From the NCBI RefSeq assembly GCF_001194135.2, contig NC_068984.1, positions 121,405,465 through 121,460,629 on the forward strand: a DNA stretch of 55,165 nt, written 5' to 3'. This document shows, piece after piece, positions 40,150 to 49,285 of the stretch; positions within the stretch are counted from its first letter, which is position 1, and every line of letters starts with the position of its first letter. The notes under the pieces are model-generated. The model was not told the DNA's origin and did not search any database. It saw only the letters and a list, made by a program, of their open reading frames with translations. Made by a program: the position numbers and the translations under genes. The DNA is from Octopus bimaculoides. Its lineage: Eukaryota.

Positions 40150-41070
40150 AGCAGGGAAAACTAGAAGCAGTTGATAGCTTCCATTACCTAGGTAACCAAG
40201 TCAGTAGTTGGGGTAGTTGCTCCAAGATCATATCTGCTAGAATAAGAATAGGCTGGGAAAAGTTCAGAAAGCTCCTACCTCTGTCGGTAATAAAGGCCTC
40301 TCTTACAGATGCAGATTGTATGATGCCTGTGTATGAACAGCCATGCTGCAGGCAGTGAAATATGTGCTGTGACCATCGAGGACGTGTGCAGGCTTGAAAG
40401 AAATGAAGCTAGCATGTCAGTGTGCATGCACAACAGAGTGTAAGCATCTCGAGAAAAAAGTTGGGCATTAGAGACATCAGATGTGGTGTGCAAGAGAGAC
40501 GACTGCACTGTATGATCATGTGATGTGTATGGACGAGGACTGCTGTGTGAAGAAGTGTCGCATTCTAACAGTGGAGAGAACCTGTGGAAGAGGTAGACCC
40601 AGGAAGACATGGGACAAGGTGGTGAAGCATGATCTTCGAATGTTGGGTGTCATGGAGGCAATGACAAGCGACTGAGACATTAGGCGATATGCCGTGCTTG
40701 AGAAGACCCATCAAGCCAAGTGAGATCGTAGTCATGGTCAATGTCAGTGTCATGTAACTGGCATGTCTAAAGTACCGTTTAAGCTTTGGGCCTCATGGAG
40801 GTAGTGACTGGTGACCAAGACCTTTGACAATATACTGTGCTTGAGGTGACCTGACAAACCAAGTGAGATCACAGTCGCAGCTGATGACGGTGTTACATAA
40901 CTGACACATGAAAAGCACCCACTACACTCTTGAAGTGGTGGGCATTAGAAAGGGCATCGAACCTAAGAAACCATGCCAAATCAGATTGGAACCTGGTGCA
41001 GCTTACCAGTTCTCAGTCAAACTATCCAACTCATGCCAGCATGGAAAACGGACGTTAAATGATGATAATG
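40150..41070 (+). mobile_element. 3' part of an RTE-clade LINE (older copy)
   Basis: LEAVDSFHYLG...ARIRIGWEKFRKLLP...GRGRPRKTWDKVVKHDL, followed by the same 3'UTR and (GAT)n tail. Confidence 0.85.
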
Positions 41071-41634
41071 GTGAATAGGGAGACACTCTCAATTCATACG
41101 CATGTATAGGCAGATAGGTATATATTTGAATTGAGTGCGATTCAATTCATTCATGCTTTCTTGATAGGGAATTAGAGACATTGGGGAGCCAACTATAAAT
41201 AGAAGATACTTATTGGATTTGAGAGTACATGTAGTAAAAATAGACCAAGTAATAACACTGAGCTTTGAAGAGATGATGATGCAGTATTAAAGAACAAAAA
41301 GATCTAACTTATAAATCTGTTGATCCCTTGTATGGAAAAACTGGTGTTAAGCTAACCAGCAAAACTTTTCTGACTTCTTACCCAATAAGCTCATGTTAAT
41401 TATTTTCTTGCCATTTTGTCTATTGTTTTTTTTCATTTTAATTTCGTGTAATGGTATTTATTTTAGATATTATGTGAAAGTTGATGTACATGTTTCTGTT
41501 ACGTTACTAATTTGTTCTCTTATTCACTATCAACTTTTTCTTTTTACCTATTCACAGTAATAAGAGATATCTGAGTAGTTCACAGCATTTATTGTTTTTT
41601 ACCTTTACTAAATATAATTGCACTTCATTTTTGA

Positions 41635-41715
41635 AGCTCTGATGAAACTATAGGATGATACACAAGCACTCATCTATAAATGCATTGCATCTTATAGCAG
41701 AAACAGCTATCAGCT
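41635..41715 (+). ncRNA. Degenerate type I hammerhead-ribozyme-like fold
   Basis: AGCT-CTGATGA-aa-ctataggatg...catcttatag-ca-GAAA-CAGCT-ATC-AGCT: core motifs present, with a 10-bp stem II and a 4-bp stem I. Confidence 0.5.
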
Positions 41716-42594
41716 AATGAAATTCATAACATAATTTCTTATTACTGCTCTCAACTTGAGGGATGCTTTGCTATGAACCATATATATATCGAGTTTTAAC
41801 ACCAAGTTCTTAGTATCACAATGCCTCAGCAAAATAATAAAATAATATACAGTATGTATTTCAAATTGAAGAAAACTGCATTAGCTTGTTTAATATATGA
41901 ATTAAAAGAAAATGTTTACTTTAATGTGAACATTATGTGAAAGAAGACCATTGTGTGTGTGTGTGTGTGTTTCCTTGTCTTAACATCACTTGATGGTTGT
42001 AAACAAGTGTCACCATCATACAATTGGTGTTGTTTATTAGCAATCTTCTATGGGAAAAAAGCCACATCTGATCATGGGGGAAAATTGGTTTCCTTGGAAA
42101 CAGGTGAGGTTAATGAGAATTTACAGGTTGTTATATATTGACAGTATTTTACATATATTTACAATTCAAACTAGTTATCCTTTGCTTTCACTATAGCGCT
42201 TAGTTCACTATACCAGCCATTTTCAATGCTGGACATTGATGTTTCAACATTGTCCATCACTCCTGAATGGGATAAGTTGTCACACCTGTCTATGTCTTTT
42301 AACACCCAGTGCTTTGAGAGAGTCATCTCCACCATGTCAAACTGCAGCCTACTGGCAAACAAGCTAAGCTCATACTTTGAGTATAAATGTTCAAAAATAT
42401 TTGCAACACTAGTGCTGATGGGAAAAAGTAGGGTTCTCGTACGCGTGGAATGAGAACCTTACATTTTTCCATCGAGATCTTATATTCTCCAATATTAAAC
42501 TCTTTTCTTTAGTCATTGCATGGTGATTGCTGATAAGCTTTAAGCTTATAAAATATTATATGTATGTATATATATTTTCTATTTTTACAGCATA

Positions 42595-43039
42595 ATGAGC
42601 AGTTACAATGTATGCCAAGATGATGATATTAGTATAATACCAAACGAAGATGATGTTTCTGATGTTGCTGCAGCAAGTCCAAATATCACCTTTACTCTGT
42701 CTGCATCACGACAAAACCTTCCTTCATCCATTGGTATAACCTCTATGTCTGCTCTAAAAGATGCATATGAAGAACTGAAAAAGAAGTATAACGAGCTCAA
42801 TACAAGATATCAAGATTTATTGAAGCTTGTCGATGAACGGGGTATGAAGCAAATGAAAGGTTTGCCATCTGATAATCCTGATGAAATGAAACGCAGAAGT
42901 GAAGTCGATACACTACATAAAGCAGTCAGTAAACTGAAAAAGGAATTAGCAGCTGAGAAAACAAAAAATCAGAAACTCAGATCACAACTGCAAAGCCATA
43001 GTGTGGAAACAACTCCTAATACTTCTCTTACTAGTAAAG
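42595..43039 (+). CDS. Coding exon 1 of a TANK/NAP1(AZI2)/SINTBAD-like TBK1 adaptor (N-terminal DDDISII motif and coiled coils)
   Basis: Acceptor ttttacag| at 42590, ATG at 42595, donor AAG|GTTAGT after 43039 (phase 1). MSSYNVCQDDDISII...SMSALKDAYEELKKKY resembles the recalled NAP1 (EDDICIL...SHFALVTAYEDIKKRL) and SINTBAD (EDDISIL) N-termini. Confidence 0.85.
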
Positions 43040-43209
43040 GTTAGTAGATATTACGTTTTTCACCTCTACATTGGACGGTCATTTTGCAAGTATTTTTCTA
43101 TCTAAGGGACATCAGATTTGGTTTTACTGACTGCAGAAGAACCACTCAAGACAAAGTAAAGTGGTTGTGTGTGTCTGTACGTATATATATGTGTGTGTGT
43201 GTATGTATG

Positions 43210-43247
<38 letters not shown>

Positions 43248-43279
43248 TCACAATCAAGGTGCAGAAAAGGCGTATTCCG

Positions 43280-43640
43280 AATAAACAAGTTTTATCTGCC
43301 TTCCTACTTATTAAGACTTTGGCTTTTGCTAGATTGACTCTAAGGCCCTTCGATTCTAGACCTTGCTTCCACACCTGAAACTTCTCTAGTTCTGATAGTG
43401 GCTCAGCTATTCGGGCAAGGTCATCAGCATAGAGAAGCTCCCAGGAGCATCTTGTCTTGAATTCCTCTGTTATTGCCTAAAGGACTATGATAAATAAGAG
43501 GGGGCTGAGGACTGATCCTTGGTGGAGCCCTACTCCTACCTGGAATTCTTCACTGTACTCGTTGCCAGCCCTCACTTTACTGACAGCATCCCTGTACGTG
43601 GCTCATACAGCTCTTACTAATCACTCATCTATAGCAGATG
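43280..43640 (-). mobile_element. RTE-clade LINE fragment, same family as 35221, opposite orientation
   Basis: MWKQGLESKGLRVNLAKAKVLISRKADK; upstream ELLYADDL motif. Confidence 0.85.
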
Positions 43641-44055
43641 AGAAGCACTTAGTAGCACTCAGGAGTGGCTGGAGGGGAGTAGTCGATTACATCGACCTCA
43701 ATGCTTGACTGGTTCTTAATTTATTGACCCCGAAAGGATGAAAGGCAAAGTCACCCTCAGCGGAATTTGAACTAAGAACATAGCAGCAGGCAAAATACCA
43801 GCATCCTAACGGTTCTGCCAGCTCACTAAATTAATAATAATAATCCTTTCTACTTAAAGCACAAGGCCTCATATTTGAGGGAAGGGATTAAGTTGATTAC
43901 ACCTACCCTAATGCTTAACTGGTACTTATTTAATTGACCTTAAAAGAATGAAAGGCAAAGTTGACCTCACTGGAATTTGAACTCAGAACAGTGACAGGTG
44001 AAATACCACTAAGAATTTCGCCCAGCATGCTAATGATTCTGCCAGCTTGAGGCCT

Positions 44056-44093
44056 TAATAATAATAATAATGATAATAATAATAATAATAATA

Positions 44094-44147
<54 letters not shown>
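44056..44147. repeat. Inverted microsatellite (TAA)n-(TTA)n
   Basis: ~13 TAA units abut ~18 TTA units, forming an AT-only palindrome. Confidence 0.85.
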
Positions 44148-44149
<2 letters not shown>

Positions 44150-44238
44150 AAAAAAAAGAGAGACATTAATATAAACATTTCTGGCTTGTTTTTCTGTTTG
44201 TATTTGTTTTTTCTTTTTCTTTTTCTTTCTCTTTACAG

Positions 44239-44331
44239 AAATTGGCAGCATGGAAAGTCTCGACAAGTTGATGGAAAACATTCAGTTTTTAGAGAAGATA
44301 GTTGAAATTCATCAAATGGAAGTTAGGAAAA
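44239..44331 (+). CDS. Coding exon 2 (93 nt) of the adaptor gene; TBK1-binding-domain-like helix
   Basis: Long polypyrimidine tract plus ttacag| acceptor; donor A|GTATGT; phase 1-1. Reads (E)IGSMESLDKLMENIQFLEKIVEIHQMEVRK in frame with both neighbouring exons. Confidence 0.8.
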
Positions 44332-44489
44332 GTATGTACTTACTTTCTTTCAATTAATTAAGATCTTCATAAAATTATAGGTGTGAGCAAAAGCAGCAGG
44401 TAGAATTTTGACAGGATTTATTTACCAAGAATGTGGCACAAAGGAATCCAAAGACTGTCTTCAATGAAAGATGATAATTCTTTTATTAA

Positions 44490-44775
44490 TCTTGTTCCTT
44501 AAATGTCAGCTTAAGTGTCCATGCAGCATCACATAAAAGCATCTGTGTGGCGCCTTGTAAAACCACCTGTATGGTGTTACATAAAAGTGCCCATGCAGTG
44601 CCATGGAAAAGCATCCAGCACACTCTGTAAAGTGGTTGGTGTTAGGAAGGACATCCAGCTGAAGAAACCATGCCAAATCAGACTGGAGTCTGGTGCAGCC
44701 CCCTGGCTCGCCAATTCTGGTCACACCATCCAACCCATGCTAGCATAGACAATGGATGTTAAATGATGATGATGA
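44490..44775 (+). mobile_element. RTE-family 3' tail. Similar tails at ~28590-28810(-), 30960-31125(+), 37830-37940(-), 48690-48820(+)
   Basis: Shared ggttggtgttaggaaggacatccagc...ccaacccatgctagcatgg...gttaaatgatgatgatg. Confidence 0.7.
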
Positions 44776-45908
44776 CTCCAGATCTTCTTGGGCTAACTGT
44801 CACTATCATGCTCATGATAAAAATATTTAATAGCTGTAGGAGTTTTCATAGTATATTAGCTGGAAAATAGCCATACTTTATTTTCATGAGGAAGCTAGCA
44901 GAGCTACATATTAAATATAATTACTAGAGCTTGAAAAAAATAGTGGAAAACTATGTCAAAAAGAGCTTAAGTAAAATATATGAGGTGATATTTTGCAGTA
45001 AGACAAGGAAATAGGAAAAAATTTAGAAACCTCTCATGGAAAATGAGAGAATACCAGATCAGTGTTATATAAGCAATATGCAAAATGTGTAATGGAAAAC
45101 TGTCAGTAAGAAATGTCAAAAGCAAAACACCAAGAACTGCCCTTGTGGTTTTCTTGGGATAGTTTATAAGTTTTGCTGTAATGGAACCTTCAGGAGCTTA
45201 GTACATAAAGTACATTACATATTTAAGATGCTTAGTTTTTATTGCCATTAGAGAATTTTTATCTCTATGCAAATAGTCATGTATTAGATATTCATACCAG
45301 GGTTGTGGTGCTGTCAAGATATGTTGCAACTACTTTGTTACCAAATCTGTTCATAAACAACTGAAGACTGGTGTTTCACAACAGCGAAAAATTTAATCAG
45401 GAGAAACAGTTGAAATGAAGTATACCATCTTTTACATGGGTTAGGCCTGCACATGAGATAATATTGTTGTTCAAACGTATTCAATTCATGACACATTGTC
45501 ACTATTCTTCCTAGTACTTGAATTCATGTATTAATAACTCTATTGTAGTCATAATTTCTTCTTATTTTCCTTAAATGGTTTAGTCAGGATAAAGGGCACA
45601 GTGCCCATGACCTTCACAGGCCATCTATCATCAATTGTCTGAGGTTTTTTGTTTTTGTACATCATCTTCTTCATACAGTACCTTTTCTCATCTACCAGTG
45701 CCTTTTCTACATTGTCATTTTCTTCAATTCATATTGCTTAACTTCTCCTGAATATCTCAGGAAAAACGTTTAGCCTAGTTTTTTTTCTAATTGCTTCATG
45801 TTATCTGTGAGAATTTGTTGTCTCTATATTTTACTTTTTTACTACATTTCTTTATCAATATTTCTAGGATGTAAATTAATTGTGATTTTTACTTTACTAA
45901 TCTTTCAG

Positions 45909-46528
45909 TCCGTCTGCATAGAAATCCTTCCAATGTGATTGCAACATTATCCACCTCATCACATCCAAGAAAACAACTAGAACATAATGAACTTGATATC
46001 TTAAACCCAAGTGAGCATTTTAAAACTTGTTATCCTTGTAATGTGGAGCCTTCAGCTGAAATAGTTCAGGATGAGGATGATGATGACGATGATAATGATC
46101 CTAGCTGGCAGGATTTCAAGAGAGACCCATTTCAAACTCTACATAATCCTCAAAAAGTGATTGACTTGCATCAGAAGCCAAAAATTGATAAACTTACAGA
46201 TTTAAACAAAACTTTTCTGTATGAATCTACAACTCTTTCTCCTCAAAATTCTTCTGTGGCAGAGGCAGCATATAACCTTCCTTTTCAAAACCCTACAAAG
46301 AGGACCGAAGATGAGAATATTATTTGTCCTTATTGTTCAAGAAGCTTTCTTTATTTAGAAATGGGTAAATTCCAAGAGCATATTGCTAACTGTTCCTCCC
46401 AAGGTGAAACAAGAGACTCACACCGTAAATGCCCTGTATGTGACAAAAACTTTCAACATGTATCTCAAAAGGATTTTGAAGTGCATGTTAACATGCATTT
46501 TGACCAAATGGATGGGCTGGATATCTGA
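45909..46528 (+). CDS. Terminal coding exon of the adaptor gene; acidic tract and two C-terminal zinc fingers (CCHC then CCHH, UBZ-like)
   Basis: Acceptor tactaatctttcag| at 45908, in frame with ORF 45935-46528. Contains CPYC..HIANC and CPVCDKNF...FEVHVNMHFDQ. Spliced CDS is 445+93+620=1158 nt, i.e. 385 aa plus stop. Confidence 0.88.
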
Positions 46529-46699
46529 GATACTGTTTAATATTTAAGATATTTGGTTGATTTTTTTATTTGCTATTATTTATTTATATTTTGTATTAAG
46601 TTATCTTCAAACATGTACAGCAATATATGCTGCTATAATTTATTCTCATTTATATTATAGAAATTATTAAATTGAGTACAAAATTATATTGTATATTAT

Positions 46700-46776
46700 A
46701 ATAAACATTTTGACTCTATTTAGAATCAATTTCATGCATCTTTTGTTGTAATTTGTTTTGTTTACTCTTTAATAAA
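46700..46776 (+). promoter_or_regulatory. Candidate polyadenylation signals of the adaptor gene
   Basis: AATAAA at 46700-46705 and 46771-46776, in an AT-rich tract 170-250 nt after the stop codon. Confidence 0.5.
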
Positions 46777-47167
46777 GAGTTTAAAACATCTAAACAATTT
46801 CTCTGAGGGTGAGGAATGGAAAATAACAGATGGTCTGAAGCCAAAAAAGTAAGAAAATCAGATTGTACTAAATGTTAATTATTTAGTTGAGTTGTCCACT
46901 GCATAATATCTCGCTCACTAACATTGTCAGTAGCACAATGATTCATTCAGTCATTTCTATAAAGGGATAGGTGATAAAATGGACATTCAGCTATAACAAT
47001 CATAACATGCACAACAACAAAGATTTGTCTGTTTTTTCTGTTGTTCTGTATATTAGATGACAAAGGACAACAAGTAGCAAAACATTGTGCTGGAACAGAT
47101 CTGTCCAATCTGTGCCTACATGGAAAAATGAAACAGTTCTATATTTGAGAGATGAGGAATTATGTAC

Positions 47168-47765
47168 ATTATTTACATTTGACATATTTTTCCTCATCCT
47201 GTTTGTTGTTAGCACAACGTTTCGGCTGATGTAGGTTATACAAAGGTAAAACATGCTGCCCCCTCAAAATAAGGGTAGAGGAACATCGCAGAGCTGTGAC
47301 ATGAGGAGACATTGATAAATCGGATATAGCTGATCATGTATGAAAAAACGGAGACTGGGATGAAGTTAAAATAATAGACAGAGAACACCACTGGAAAATA
47401 CGAAAACTAAAAGAGGCAGCACATATGCTAGGACACAGTAACCTCCTAAGCAAACCTAGTGCAGATATAAGTAGCATATGGGAACCAGTATTAAGGAAGA
47501 ATAGGAAAATATTAGATTTATAAACCCTAAAATTCACGCCATAATTGCCCACAGGAATATGGCATAGTGGTTAAGAGTGCGAAGTTTGATTCCAGGCAGT
47601 GACCTGAATAAGAATAATAATAATATCATAAAAATACCTTAGGAATGAGAACCCAGGTTCAAAATTCCTCCAGGACACCTGATGAAGGCTAGAGAGTACA
47701 TCAGCTGAAATATTGTGTTAACAACAAACAAGATGAGGATAAATATCTGTCAAATGTAAATAATG
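47168..47765 (+). mobile_element. Penelope-like element 3' end (GIY-YIG C-terminus and pLTR) with an inverted partial pLTR
   Basis: EEHRRAV..DIDKSDIADHV..WDEVKIIDREHHWKIRKLKEAAHM...SIWEPVL. 47168-47233 is the reverse complement of ~47696-47765. Confidence 0.8.
47675..47718 (+). ncRNA. Decayed minimal hammerhead ribozyme of the Penelope pLTR
   Basis: ACAC-CTGATGA-AGGCT...AGCT-GAAA-TATT-GTGT. The inverted copy at 47212-47230 preserves CAGCCGAAACGTTGTG. Confidence 0.6.
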
Positions 47766-49079
47766 GAAAAATGAACATAAAATACTGATGATGCTGATTA
47801 TGAAGATTTCTACAATCTGTAACTGCACCAAGGTAGAGTATTTTGTAAGATGCAGGTATGATTATGTGGTTAATGAGTTTGCTTCCCAGCCACATGGTTT
47901 TTGGGTTCAGTCCCACTATGTGACACCATGGGTAAGTATCTTCTGCTATAGCCCTGGACTAGTTAAAGCCTTGTGAGTAGATTTGGTAGACTGAAACTGA
48001 AACAAGCTCATTATATGTATATGTGTGTGTGTATGCATGTGTATATATCTTGGTGGTGAGCTGGCAAAATTGTTACTGCACTAGGTAAAATGCTTAGCAA
48101 TGTTTCATCCATCCCTATGTTCAGAGTTCAAATTCTACCAAAGTCGATTTTGCCTTTCATCCTTTCGGGGCCAATAAAATAAGTACCAACTGCATGTGGG
48201 GATCAATCTAATTGACTGATTTCTTTTGCCCAAAAGTTGCTGGCCATATGCCAAAATTTGAAACCAATACATATATACATATATATATATATATTGTATG
48301 TATTTTCTGATTTCACTTAGGCATAGTGATATCAATAACCAATTGTTAGAACTCAATACATACATTCTTGAGTTCACTGCTTCTTATAGCAGAAAAAGCT
48401 GCCAGCCAATGAAGTTGATTTTATGACTCTTGTTCTCTTGTCATTCATGAATTAATATATATGTTAATGTATTTGTTATTTGTTTCTGTGAATGAGTTTG
48501 TATTCCCTTTGACTGCTCATGTTTTGCTTACTAATTGTGAGCAATGGCTTTGCTAACAGTATGATTTGCTTGCATTTCACTATGAAAGCACATCCAGGCT
48601 TGATATGTTGTACAATTTTTGTAAAGCAAAAGGCTCATCCGTACTGTGTTGTTTGTTTCCTATTCTCTACATAAATATGTCTAAGCTGCTTGTTTGATAG
48701 ACTGGGAAACAAATGGGAAATGATGACGGGAAGGACATCCATATAAAGAAGCCTCTGCCCCCAAAATACTCCTGTCTGACCCATGCAATCATAGAAAAGA
48801 GTGCATTAAACTGATGATAACAATAATGTAACATTCTGGCTTTCATAAGAATGGTGATAGGAGAGCAACTGAAAAATGCTTGTTGTATTTAGTTAGAGTT
48901 CTTGATGTTTGGGATTTGATCCTTGTAGTCATTTCAGATGTTGCTGAAATTAGTACCAGTTAAGAACTAGATTTCATGTAATTGTTGCAACAAAATGGGT
49001 CTAAACTCCAAACCAACCTTCCAGTCTCCCCATATATGTGGGAAAGAAAAAGAAAAAAAATTCTTTTAATACTGAGTGC

Positions 49080-49085
49080 TTTATT
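49080..49085 (-). promoter_or_regulatory. Candidate polyadenylation signal of the TRP gene
   Basis: tttatt on + (AATAAA on -), about 200 nt downstream of the stop codon. Confidence 0.4.
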
Positions 49086-49285
49086 GATATCAGCCAGGAT
49101 CTTTTAATCCTTCTTTTCTTTTAACTGTGTGTGTGTGTGTGTACACATATATATTTTAATTTCATCTATTATGCTGATGAAGTATCTTTCGAATATTTTC
49201 CATTGATGTCTGCACTTTCTTTGGTTCTTTGATATCTAAACTAAAACTAGTGGATTCTGTAAGGATGTCTAACTTCTCATTTATT

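Noticed and set aside
42171-42453. Short ORFs just upstream of the adaptor's first coding exon
   Set aside because: No matching splice signals or recognisable family; possibly old TE debris.
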